A DNA stretch of 64,000 nucleotides from Candidatus Pacebacteria bacterium UBA6180 (GCA_002422165.1 DITQ01000002.1:13174-77173); one strand, 5' to 3'; positions 18,691-29,132 are shown, counted from the stretch's first letter. The notes: generated from the sequence alone by a model not told the origin. Translations and numbers: made by a program.

Positions 18691-19842
18691 TTAGTGTAAC
18701 ACATTTTTGGTGCTAATTTTCAAATTCGGTTGTCGGTCGGTCGATTCTAAGTCGGCCACTTCTCCTCGCTCTAGCTGATAGCCTGCCACCAAGCCAATCA
18801 TGGCGGCATTGTCAGCGCAGAGTTTCTTGCTGTAAGGCACGCGCAGGGGAATTTTTTTGCCACTTTGCTTGGCGTATTGGCGCAAGGTTTGGCGCAAAAT
18901 CTGGCGCAAATTGCTGTTGGCTGCTACTCCGCCGCCTAGCCAAACCTCGCTGATGGTCGTGACGGGTGCTTGGCCAGGTTGTAAATGGCGCAAGAAATTG
19001 CGACTGGGATAAACTCTCTTCTCCAAATTTGGACTAAGTAGGATTCGCTCGAGTTTGTAGGCGATTTGCTCGAAAACAGTTGCTTGTAGTGTGGCCGCTA
19101 GATCATAGGTAGCTTGTTGGTCTAGTTGGTCTTGGTTTTCTAGCTCGTTGATCAGGTTGCGTGCAGCTGTTTTGATCCCAGAGAAACTTAAGTCAAAGTT
19201 GGTTTGGGCGGTCATGGCTCTTGGCAGGGTGAAACGATCCTGGTTGCCTTTTTTGGCAAATTTCTCGATCAAAGCGCCTGCTGGATAGCCAAGGTTGAGC
19301 AGGCGACCGACTTTATCTAAGCATTCGCCAGCAGCATCGTCGATGGTGTGACCAAGTCGTTGGTAATAGCCAATTTTTTCAACCAAAATGAACTCGCTGT
19401 GGCCACCAGAAACGACGATTGCTAGCGCTGGCAGTTTGGGCGTTGGGAGGGCAGCCAGCGCTCTACCAGCCGGTACGGCCAAAGGCGATAAAGCGTGAGC
19501 TTCGATGTGATTGACGGAGATCAATGGCTTCTGGTGTTTCCTGGCCAATTCTTTGGCTTTGGCCAAACCCACTTCCAGAGCAGGTGCTAAGCCTGGACCG
19601 ACGGTGACGGCAATGGCTGCGATGTCCACCCAAGTCGCTCGGGCTTGCCGCAGAGCTAGAGCGATCGCTGGAGCGAGGTTTTCGCGGTGGGCTTGTTTGG
19701 CCAGAGTGGGAAAAACCCCACCGAACTGTCGGTGAATTTGGTTTTGCGAGGCGACGACGTTGCTTAGGACCTCTTGACCCATGACCACGGCGACGCTGGT
19801 GTCATCGCAGCTAGTGTCGATAGCGAGAATATTAACGCTCAT
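18691..19842 (-). CDS. tsaD: t6A threonylcarbamoyltransferase TsaD
   Basis: ILAIDTSCDDT, GPGL, VNHIEAH, VSGGH, DDAAGE, GGGVAAN, DNAAMIG; start at ATG 19842. Confidence 0.96.
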   Translation of the reverse strand: MSVNILAIDTSCDDTSVAVVMGQEVLSNVVASQNQIHRQFGGVFPTLAKQAHRENLAPAIALALRQARATWVDIAAIAVTVGPGLAPALEVGLAKAKELARKHQKPLISVNHIEAHALSPLAVPAGRALAALPTPKLPALAIVVSGGHSEFILVEKIGYYQRLGHTIDDAAGECLDKVGRLLNLGYPAGALIEKFAKKGNQDRFTLPRAMTAQTNFDLSFSGIKTAARNLINELENQDQLDQQATYDLAATLQATVFEQIAYKLERILLSPNLEKRVYPSRNFLRHLQPGQAPVTTISEVWLGGGVAANSNLRQILRQTLRQYAKQSGKKIPLRVPYSKKLCADNAAMIGLVAGYQLERGEVADLESTDRQPNLKISTKNVLH

Positions 19843-20908
19843 GGATGTGAATCTTTCTCCGGTTTTCTTCCTGGTTAAAGTCAAGAGTGACGATGGGGGT
19901 TTGTGGCGCGAAGCTGAGCCACTGAGCAATTTGCGAAAACCACTCGATGACCACGACATTGTTTGGTTGCACTAGACTTGGGATGTCAAGTAGATTCAAT
20001 TCCTCCTGACTTTCAATTTTCCAGACGTCGAGGTGATAAAATTTGCCGCTAGTTTGCAAACGAGTGTACTCGTACTCATTAAGGTAAGAATAGGTGGGCG
20101 AACTAATGGTTTCCTTGATATCCAAGAATTTGGCCACGCCTTTGGCGAAAATAGTTTTACCCATGCCTAGGTGGCCGTTGAGGGCGAAGACCAGACCACT
20201 TTTTTGTAGCTGATTGAGGTGATTGAGCATCAAGCGCCCAGCTAAATCGAGAGTTTCGTTTTCATTTTGACTCCAGAGAGTTTCTCCTTGGTTATCGTTG
20301 AGTGAGCCACGCAGGGCGATTGGCGTGGAGAGAGTGGTGTCAACGACCACCGAGGGTTCGTTTTGTGGCAATTCGCCAACATCGATAATCAGATCGATCA
20401 GGGATTGTTGTTTGGCAGATAAATTGTTCAAAACATCGTTGACAGTGTGTGGGCGTTTTTTGCCTGAGGCATTGGCCGAAGTGCTAGTGATGGCCCTTCC
20501 AAATTTGGAAACCAAATCGGTGATTAGTGGATAAGCAGGGATGCGAATACCCAGAGTGCCAAACTCAGAATTGACTCGTGGATCGACGAGGTTTTTGCTT
20601 CGTGAGACGACGGTGAAAGGTCCAGGCAGGAAATTTTGGTAAAATTTCTGTGCCTGGTCGTTGATTTCGACGTATTTGGCGGCCATAGCTTGGTCGCTGA
20701 CGGCGATCGACAGTGGTTTACCTTCACGTCGTCCTTTGTAGCGTAGTAATTTGTCGATGGCGGCGGCGCTCTCTGCATCTGCCCCGATGCCGTAGACGGT
20801 TTCAGTTGGATAGATCAGCAAGCCGCCTGCTTTCAGGCACGCCACCGCCTGTTCTAGCGCCAGCGCACACTGTTTCTGGTCATTGATGTCGAGTTTAATG
20901 ATTCGCAT
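19832..20908 (-). CDS. tsaC-tsaE: fused TsaC (YrdC/Sua5) - TsaE (YjeE ATPase)
   Basis: N-half PTETVYG, KGR, TSANASG; C-half GHLGMGKT, SSPTY, HLDVW, VIEW; start at ATG 20908 (alternative 20929). Confidence 0.9.
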   Translation of the reverse strand: MRIIKLDINDQKQCALALEQAVACLKAGGLLIYPTETVYGIGADAESAAAIDKLLRYKGRREGKPLSIAVSDQAMAAKYVEINDQAQKFYQNFLPGPFTVVSRSKNLVDPRVNSEFGTLGIRIPAYPLITDLVSKFGRAITSTSANASGKKRPHTVNDVLNNLSAKQQSLIDLIIDVGELPQNEPSVVVDTTLSTPIALRGSLNDNQGETLWSQNENETLDLAGRLMLNHLNQLQKSGLVFALNGHLGMGKTIFAKGVAKFLDIKETISSPTYSYLNEYEYTRLQTSGKFYHLDVWKIESQEELNLLDIPSLVQPNNVVVIEWFSQIAQWLSFAPQTPIVTLDFNQEENRRKIHIHER

Positions 20909-20937
20909 TTCCAAAACATATGTTACCATAAGGATCT

Positions 20938-21258
20938 GTGTCCCAAACTCTATCAGAAAATGCAGCTGACATAAAATTCGACCTATTTGTTCGTTCGCGC
21001 GAGATGGAGCAGATTGCCATCTATTTGGAACAATTGATGTTCAAGCATCAGAAAGAGCGCGAGCTTTTTGTCGAAGAAAACCGCAGCTATTTGGAAAACT
21101 TGATGCCTCTTTTGGTCGAAAATTCTAACCTTAGTCTAGAAGGTATGCAGCTTGACCGCGAAGCTGCCGCTTTGTCGATGCAACTAGCCGTCAATTTGCG
21201 CAAATCTTTGTCGCTAATCAACGCCCTATTTTATGGAGTTGAAGGCTTGCGATCTTGA
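20938..21258 (+). CDS. hypothetical helical protein
   Basis: 106-aa ORF with genome-typical codon style. Confidence 0.6.
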   Translation: MSQTLSENAADIKFDLFVRSREMEQIAIYLEQLMFKHQKERELFVEENRSYLENLMPLLVENSNLSLEGMQLDREAAALSMQLAVNLRKSLSLINALFYGVEGLRS

Positions 21259-21281
21259 GTAAATTTCACCAGTTGGTCAAA

Positions 21282-21308
21282 TTAGCAGTCCATAATGCTT
21301 ATTGCTAA
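21282..21308 (+). promoter_or_regulatory. CIRCE (HrcA operator) of groESL
   Basis: TTAGCAGTC-N9-TATTGCTAA versus consensus TTAGCACTC-N9-GAGTGCTAA. Confidence 0.82.
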
Positions 21309-21379
21309 GTAATAATTTTTATGTTAAATTTCCTGCTACAAACTTAAATTACAAGTTAGTTTCAAAAAAAGGAGGTCTC

Positions 21380-21769
21380 ATGTCAGATCTAAACGTCAAG
21401 AAAATTCAGCCCACCAAGGGTTACGTCTTGGTTGAACCAAGCAAAGCAGAGGCCAAAACCAGCTCCGGCATTATTTTGCCAGAAAACGACAGCGAGAAGC
21501 CCCAGCATGGGGTAGTACTCGCGGTGGGTGAGGCAGGTGGCTGTTGCAGCGATGATGGTTGTTGTGAGCCCAAAGGTGACCACGGCTGTTGTGGCGGTGG
21601 TTGCGGTGACTGCGGTTGTGATGATGATAAGGGCGAGTCTTGTTGCGAAGCTCCAGTTAAAGTTGGTGACAAAGTTATCTACAAGAAATGGGGTGGCAAC
21701 GACTTCAAAATCGGCGAAACAGAATATCAATTCCTCAAGTTCGAGGACATTCTCGCCGTTATCAAATAG
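21380..21769 (+). CDS. groES: co-chaperonin GroES with Cys-rich insertion
   Basis: GGAGG SD before ATG 21380; KTSSGIILP mobile loop, GVVLAVG, VKVGDKV, EDILAVI. Confidence 0.95.
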   Translation: MSDLNVKKIQPTKGYVLVEPSKAEAKTSSGIILPENDSEKPQHGVVLAVGEAGGCCSDDGCCEPKGDHGCCGGGCGDCGCDDDKGESCCEAPVKVGDKVIYKKWGGNDFKIGETEYQFLKFEDILAVIK

Positions 21770-21807
21770 TAGTAAACAAATAAATTAGTAATTCAAAAAA
21801 GGAGTAA

Positions 21808-23442
<1,635 letters not shown>

Positions 23443-23443
23443 A

Positions 23444-23601
23444 AATCTTTTCAAGCTTGTCTTGCGACACGCTTGACTGAAACATTTGCTTGTTGAAGTT
23501 AACTGCCTTCTTCAAGCTCGGTGAGGCCGCTGTTTCTTGCTTGTTCAATTTTGAGCTAGCAGGCAGCGGCCTCAAACGGTCTTAGACGACTTAAAAAGAT
23601 T
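23444..23601 (+). ncRNA. candidate structured RNA element, copy A (after groEL)
   Basis: Outer IR aatcttttcaag/cttaaaaagatt, inner gac-a-cg/cg-gtc, 11-bp stem tgaggccgctg/cagcggcctca; homologous to copies at 31438 and 42232. Confidence 0.65.
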
Positions 23602-23658
23602 ATTTTTGAGAAAGAAAAAAAAGCGGCGGTTTCTAATGGTCTTTCGTCAAGAATTTTT

Positions 23659-24072
23659 TCACCATAACTTGTTTACTTTATTACCTATTTCAAGAGCTAG
23701 TTCAGGATTTATGCTGGCAACCATGCCTAGAAAAGTTTGCCATTCATAAATTTGAACCTCGAAACCTTCCTGGTCGAAAGTGGCTTTCTGGTGGAGTTTG
23801 AGGAAAAATAAGGGAAAGATAATCTGACCTAGGAACATATTACCTAAGAAAGTTAGGGAGTTTGTGTTCACCTCCAAACCAAGCTCTTCTCGACACTCCC
23901 TGATGGCTGTTTCTTGAGCAGATTCTAGAGATTTGCGACCGCCTCCAGGCAAGTTTAAGTATTGGTCGTTGGTTTTGAGTTCCTTAACCAAAATAATGTT
24001 GCCATTAGCGTCAATTAGCACCACGTGAGCGCCGGTAAATTCCTGCGGAAGACTTTCTTTCTTAAAAGACAA
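23659..24072 (-). CDS. NUDIX hydrolase
   Basis: Nudix box GGGRKSLESAQETAIRECREELG; start codon uncertain. Confidence 0.85.
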   Translation of the reverse strand: MSFKKESLPQEFTGAHVVLIDANGNIILVKELKTNDQYLNLPGGGRKSLESAQETAIRECREELGLEVNTNSLTFLGNMFLGQIIFPLFFLKLHQKATFDQEGFEVQIYEWQTFLGMVASINPELALEIGNKVNKLW

Positions 24073-24146
24073 GTGAGCTAAATTGGGATTTAATAGAGAA
24101 TCTTTTGTTGACGTAGTCGTGTTTTTTTGCTGAATTTACTTGAAAG

Positions 24147-24220
24147 TAGCGGGACTGAGATTCGAACTCAGGACCTTCGGTTTATGAATCCGATGCTCTA
24201 ACCAGCTGAGCTATCCCGCC
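24147..24220 (-). tRNA. tRNA-Met(CAT), probably elongator
   Basis: Reverse complement GGCGGGATAGCTCAGCTGGTTAGAGCATCGGATTCATAAACCGAAGGTCCTGAGTTCGAATCTCAGTCCCGCTA; CCA not encoded; Ile2 identity not excluded. Confidence 0.92.
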
Positions 24221-24309
24221 GTTTGCTTTGAATTCTTCTGCAAAAGAGTATTTTAGCGCAGGTTGCTTGATAATGCCAGATTGTTTTGTTACAATAGCCA
24301 CCTAACATA

Positions 24310-24378
24310 CGCGGGATAGTGTACGGTGCACGTGGGGCTCATAATCCTACAGGCTAGGTTCGACTCCTAGTCCCGCAA
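24310..24378 (+). tRNA. initiator tRNA-Met(CAT), unusually short
   Basis: CGCGGGA/TCCCGCA acceptor with C1:A72 mismatch, CTCATAA loop, CTAGG-TTCGACT-CCTAG T arm. Confidence 0.88.
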
Positions 24379-24518
24379 CAATCAACCCATGATCAAATCA
24401 AAATTTAAATTCCTCGTGACTCACTCCACTTCTTCTTGCTCCTAAATTTGCTGGATGCCGTATTTTCCCAGCTGCACCACGTTTTTCAATAAATATTACC
24501 GTGAAGAAATAGGAAAAA

Positions 24519-25130
24519 ATGAACATTATATTTGATTTAGATTCAACGTTGACGACTATAGAAGGAATTGATGAGCTTGGAGTAATGAAAAATCTCCAAG
24601 AACGCATAACCACACTTACAAATAAAGCCATGAGTGGGAAAATTCCACTTAGTGAAGTTTTTGAAGAGCGATTGTCAATTTTAAAACCGACTCAAGATGA
24701 ATTGTCACTCATAAGTGAACTTTATTTAAAAAATATTACGCCATACGCAAGCGAATTAATAAGAATACTCAAAAAAAAGCATAGGGTTTTTATTGTTACT
24801 GGTGGTTATGAAACTTGCGTGCTCCCAGTAGCCAAATATTTAGAAGTTGATCGTATATATGCAAATAAAATTATTTTCAACCAAAAAGGGGAGTATGTTG
24901 GGCTAGATAAAACGATTCCACTGTGGAGAAATGGTGGAAAAGGAGAAATAGTGCAGCTGATCAAAAAAACTTATCCAGGGCAAAGTATGATGATAGGCGA
25001 TGGTTTCAGCGATCTTGAAGCTGGTGCCGACAAGTTTGTGTGTTTTGCAGGAGTAATGCAGCGAAAAGAAGTGATGAAAGAGGCGGATCACATCATCTAT
25101 GATTTACGAAAAGTTCTTAATTTTGTGTAG
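24519..25130 (+). CDS. HAD-IB phosphoserine phosphatase-like (SerB)
   Basis: FDLDST, VTGG, K, IGDGFSD motifs; AT-rich. Confidence 0.85.
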   Translation: MNIIFDLDSTLTTIEGIDELGVMKNLQERITTLTNKAMSGKIPLSEVFEERLSILKPTQDELSLISELYLKNITPYASELIRILKKKHRVFIVTGGYETCVLPVAKYLEVDRIYANKIIFNQKGEYVGLDKTIPLWRNGGKGEIVQLIKKTYPGQSMMIGDGFSDLEAGADKFVCFAGVMQRKEVMKEADHIIYDLRKVLNFV

Positions 25131-25149
25131 GCATAAAGCCAAGATAAAC

Positions 25150-25572
25150 TTATTCAAGCAGCAACCTCTTCCACTCCTCCAGCGGCCCATTTTTCACTTC
25201 GCTGTCCTCTTTGTTGTTTGGTAGAATCTCTTTTTCTGGAATCTGCAGGATAATTTCACCAGTCTTTTGTAGCAGCAATTCGTTGCGCTGGATTTTTTCT
25301 AGGGTGAGTTCGCTCTGGCCAGTAGTGGCGATTCGCGCTTGTTCTTGATCGGCATTTTCTAATTGTTTGACACTATCCTCTAATTGCTTGATGCTTTGCT
25401 TGGATATTTCAGCCTGGTCTTTGCTTTTTTCTAGTGAGAGAATGGCCAAAATGCATAGTAGTGTCAAGCCAAGGACGATCAGTGGGTGATTGAGCAATTG
25501 GCGACTTGACTGTTTTTTGGTAGTTTTGCTGAAGTTTTTGACCACTTTATATTTTTTAATCGAGTTTCCCAC
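25150..25572 (-). CDS. septum formation initiator (FtsB/DivIC-like)
   Basis: TM, coiled coil, EKIQRNELLLQKTGEIIL, final W-helix. Confidence 0.6.
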   Translation of the reverse strand: MGNSIKKYKVVKNFSKTTKKQSSRQLLNHPLIVLGLTLLCILAILSLEKSKDQAEISKQSIKQLEDSVKQLENADQEQARIATTGQSELTLEKIQRNELLLQKTGEIILQIPEKEILPNNKEDSEVKNGPLEEWKRLLLE

Positions 25573-25659
25573 TTGTTGATTGACCTATTTTATGATATTA
25601 TAAGACTTTGATATTCGTTAATTTAGAAAACCAACTGTCCTGGTTCAGGTGGATAAATT

Positions 25660-26526
25660 ATGCACACAAGTCTAATCGACGCGCAAGCGAGATTTACTGA
25701 AAGTTTAAAGACAGGCGGCAAAGCCCACGCCACGGTCATTGCGTACAGCAAAGACATTGAACAGTTGGCTGATTTTCTAAGTAAAAGATCCAAAACCCTA
25801 CTTAGCGAAGTGTTGACCGACGATGTCGAGGATTTCAAGGAGTTGTTGCGTAAACAACGCTACACCACTAAGTCCATTTCTCGCAAAATTAATTCTATCA
25901 AGGCTTTCTTTCGTTTTTGTTTGAGTGAAGGCTTGCTTAGTAGCAATCCAACCGAAGATATTTCTCAACCTAAATTTGATCAGTCTCCTCCTCGCATTTT
26001 GTCTCGCCTAGAATACCGCGCTTTGCGTGATTCTTGTCGGGCCGATGCTCGCATGCACGCCATCGTGGAGATTTTGCTCCAGACAGGGATGCGTATCAGC
26101 GAATTGGCTAATTTGCAAATTACTGACATCGATCTCGAGCGCGAGCTAATCTACATTCAAGCTCAAAATTCTCGGGAAGCCCGCCGCATTCCTCTTAACT
26201 CCGCAGCCAAGAAATCTGTTATGGATTATTTGCGTTTACGTCCTCGTACCAAAGAAAAAACTCTTTTTCTGACCAAAACTTGTCGCCCCTTCTTGGTGCG
26301 CAATATTCGCACCGCTATTGATCGTTACTTCCGTTTGGCTGGTATTAAAGATGCCAAGGTCAATGACCTGCGACATACTTTTGTCATCGAGCAGCTCAAG
26401 GCTGGCACACCCTTAGTTTACGTCTCGCAGTTAGTCGGGCACAAGCGCATTACCACCACCGAAAAATACCTCCACTTGATTGAGGCTCCAGACATGCAGC
26501 CGAATATTAAGATTGAAGAGTTGTAA
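25660..26526 (+). CDS. XerC/XerD-family tyrosine recombinase
   Basis: SAM-like N-domain, TGMRISE, NDLRHTF, VGH, TTEKY. Confidence 0.9.
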   Translation: MHTSLIDAQARFTESLKTGGKAHATVIAYSKDIEQLADFLSKRSKTLLSEVLTDDVEDFKELLRKQRYTTKSISRKINSIKAFFRFCLSEGLLSSNPTEDISQPKFDQSPPRILSRLEYRALRDSCRADARMHAIVEILLQTGMRISELANLQITDIDLERELIYIQAQNSREARRIPLNSAAKKSVMDYLRLRPRTKEKTLFLTKTCRPFLVRNIRTAIDRYFRLAGIKDAKVNDLRHTFVIEQLKAGTPLVYVSQLVGHKRITTTEKYLHLIEAPDMQPNIKIEEL

Positions 26527-26610
26527 ATTTCAATAAACTTTTCAGAGTCGCGTTCGACGGAAATATTTTTTAATTAACGGCTTTATTTCTCACTCGTTGA
26601 AAGCGCTGCT
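26527..26610 (+). repeat. 5' half of the structured element, copy D
   Basis: gtcgcgttcgacggaaa...ctcgttgaaagcgctg matches copy B gtcacgtgcgacggaaa...ctcggtgaaggcgctg; no 3' half found. Confidence 0.55.
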
Positions 26611-26612
26611 AA

Positions 26613-26873
26613 TCACCATCTTCTTTTTTGATCTTTTAAAGGGACATAATCTTTTTTTTCTGTCCTTTCCTCCTCTTCTTTTGTCAAAGCTAAAAAAAGA
26701 TTACGTACTCTGACTCCCCATTTAACAGTTTTTTGAGCTGTTTGCTCATGGCGCAGCAGTCGCAACAAGGTAGTTTTTTCTTTATCATCCATAAGTTTAA
26801 GATCTTCGAGCTCAGCATGTTTTAAAGCTGCTTCTGCTACTCTTTGGGTTGTGTCATTGATTTCGTTTGCCAT
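26613..26873 (-). CDS. hypothetical protein (AT-rich orphan)
   Basis: 86-aa ORF convergent on the Xer gene. Confidence 0.6.
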   Translation of the reverse strand: MANEINDTTQRVAEAALKHAELEDLKLMDDKEKTTLLRLLRHEQTAQKTVKWGVRVRNLFLALTKEEEERTEKKDYVPLKDQKRRW

Positions 26874-26982
26874 TGTTTCTATTTAATAATAGGTTTTAAA
26901 ATCTTGCAAGATATGACGTTGCTCTATTTTTTTAAGTACTTAAAATCTTGTTGGTGAGTGAATTATTTATGCTAAGATACCT

Positions 26983-27993
26983 ATGACTATGACACAGACA
27001 TCCAAGACTCGCGTTTTCTCCGGCACCCGTGCCACCGGCCGTCTCCACCTCGGTAATTATTTTGGTGCCGTCAAAGGCTATATCGATTTACAGAATGATT
27101 CGAAGTATGAGTGTATTTACATGGCGGTCGATGTTCATACCATTACCACGCCGTATGAGGCGGTGACCTTGGCGACTTCGACCAGAGAAATAATCATGGA
27201 CTACCTAGCAGCTGGACTCGATCCAGACAAAGCGATCGTTACCATCCAGTCATTGGTGCCCGAGCACGTGGAGTTAGCATTTTTGTTTTCCTCAGTAGTG
27301 TCGGTGGCCAAGATGCAGCATCTCCCGACTTTCAAAGACAAGGTTAAGCAGCACCCCGATAATGTCACTCTAGCGCTGCTCAACTATCCAACCCTGATGG
27401 CGGCGGATATTTTGTCTTACAAGACTGAGCTGGTCCCGGCTGGTCTTGATCAGGAGCCACACATCGAGGTTACTCGCGAGATTGCTCGGCGGATGAACGA
27501 TCTTTACGGCACAGATTTTCCAGAAACCAAGCGCTTTGCTACCCCAGCACAATATGTACCTTCACTTACCGGCGCTGGCAAGATGAGCAAGTCAGTCGAG
27601 GGCAGTTCGATCAACTTGACCGATGATTTGGCACTGATCAAGAAGCGGCTAGCCAGTTGTCCTACCGATGCTGGCACAGGGGAAGTGGTTCCAACTAGCG
27701 GTGGGGTCGCTAACTTGCTGACTTTTGTCGAAATTTTCCAAGGAACAGAGCGTAAAAAGGTCTACGAAGCCGACTATTTGAGCAAGGGTATTCGCTATGG
27801 CGATCTCAAGGCCGAATTGGCGGAGGCGATTTTCGCTCACTTGGCACCGATTCGAACCAAGCGTCTGGAATTAGAACAAAATCAAGCTTACGTCGATCAA
27901 ATTATTAAGGACGGGGCTATAAAAGCCCGCCAAATTGCCGCAGCCACGCTTCGTGAGACCAAAGCCAAGATGGGATTTTATGGCCAAAATTAA
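26983..27993 (+). CDS. trpS: tryptophanyl-tRNA synthetase
   Basis: HLGN, YPTLMAADIL, DQEPHIE, KMSKS. Confidence 0.97.
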   Translation: MTMTQTSKTRVFSGTRATGRLHLGNYFGAVKGYIDLQNDSKYECIYMAVDVHTITTPYEAVTLATSTREIIMDYLAAGLDPDKAIVTIQSLVPEHVELAFLFSSVVSVAKMQHLPTFKDKVKQHPDNVTLALLNYPTLMAADILSYKTELVPAGLDQEPHIEVTREIARRMNDLYGTDFPETKRFATPAQYVPSLTGAGKMSKSVEGSSINLTDDLALIKKRLASCPTDAGTGEVVPTSGGVANLLTFVEIFQGTERKKVYEADYLSKGIRYGDLKAELAEAIFAHLAPIRTKRLELEQNQAYVDQIIKDGAIKARQIAAATLRETKAKMGFYGQN

Positions 27994-29104
27994 TCTTGCT
28001 GTCATATGTGGTGGGCGCAGCGTCGAACACGAAGTCTCGCTTGTGTCTGCCAAAAATATTTTGGCCGCAGTCGATCAGCAAAAGTACAACCTGCACTTAT
28101 TGGCGGTGGCCAAGGATGGCTCATTTCGCTATTACCGGAATTGGCAGAATTTTCTCAACCATCCAGATGACACCAATTTCGTCTCTCTTAAGCCAGAGGG
28201 TTTCACGCCTGTTGCTTTTTTGAGCGCTGATGCTCGTGGTCAAGTGTTGCTGCTTAGCGAGACACAAGAATTTTTGCAGCTCGACGTGGTTTTTCCGATC
28301 ATGCACGGCACTTTTGCTGAAGATGGCAAGATGCAGGGTTTCTTGGAGATGCTCAATTTGCCCTATGTTGGTCCAGATGTCTTAGCCTCGAGTATTTCGA
28401 TGGACAAGCAGGTCACCAAGCAGCTGACTGACCAGGCAGGTATCAAAAGCGCCAAGTATTTGACTTTCACTAGCGCCACTCGCGCGGAAATTACTCTGGA
28501 AAGCATTGAGGCTGCTTTGGGCTTGCCAGTTTTTGTCAAACCCGCTAACTCTGGTTCTTCGGTGGGCATCAGTCGCGCGACCGACGAACTCTCGCTCTAT
28601 CAGGCAGTCGAACAGGCTTTTAGCGTTGACCATAAAATTCTGATCGAAGAAGCCATCGTTGGCAGAGAGATCGAATGCTCGGTTCTTGGTAACCATGGTG
28701 CGCTGCAGGCTGGCGAGGTGGGTGAAATTATTCCAAGCAGCAAGCATGGTTTTTATTCTTATGATGCCAAATATCTCGATGAGGATGGGGCAGCTTTGCT
28801 GATTCCAGCACCGCTGTCTCCAGCCAAGAAAAAAGAAGTCCAAGAGTTGGCTAAGCAAATTTTTGTCACTCTCAACTGTGAAGGTATGGCGCGAGTTGAT
28901 TTTTTCCTTGACGGTAAGGACCAAGTTATTTTCAATGAAATCAACACCATCCCAGGTTTTACTAAAATTAGCATGTATCCTAAACTGATGATGGCTGAAA
29001 CAGGCCTGACTTACAGCGCCCTCATTGATCAGCTGATCGAGTTGGCAATCAAGCGTCATCAGCGTAACTCCGCCCTGCTCTTGGAAAAAAAGATGGTAGA
29101 ATAA
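27980..29104 (+). CDS. ddl: D-alanine--D-alanine ligase
   Basis: GGRSVEHEVS, HGTFAEDG, KPANSGSSVG, YSYDAKY, NEINTIPG. Confidence 0.96.
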   Translation: MAKINLAVICGGRSVEHEVSLVSAKNILAAVDQQKYNLHLLAVAKDGSFRYYRNWQNFLNHPDDTNFVSLKPEGFTPVAFLSADARGQVLLLSETQEFLQLDVVFPIMHGTFAEDGKMQGFLEMLNLPYVGPDVLASSISMDKQVTKQLTDQAGIKSAKYLTFTSATRAEITLESIEAALGLPVFVKPANSGSSVGISRATDELSLYQAVEQAFSVDHKILIEEAIVGREIECSVLGNHGALQAGEVGEIIPSSKHGFYSYDAKYLDEDGAALLIPAPLSPAKKKEVQELAKQIFVTLNCEGMARVDFFLDGKDQVIFNEINTIPGFTKISMYPKLMMAETGLTYSALIDQLIELAIKRHQRNSALLLEKKMVE

Positions 29105-29132
29105 TTGCTCCTGTTATAAAATAGAACCTCCT

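Noticed and set aside
18691-19959. Extended starts in the ORF track for tsaD (also groES, ddl, GT4 and LOG)
   Set aside because: The extensions overlap upstream genes or operators; homology begins at the downstream ATGs used here.
23466-23581. Element copies as a small protein gene (the minus-strand frame of copy A is open: ...TAASPSLKKAVNFN...)
   Set aside because: Copy B has an indel and stops in the equivalent frame, and the substitutions preserve base pairing rather than codons.
25660-26873. Prophage or integron at the tyrosine recombinase
   Set aside because: Xer-like size and core codon style, no IntI insertion, no phage genes and no att repeats.
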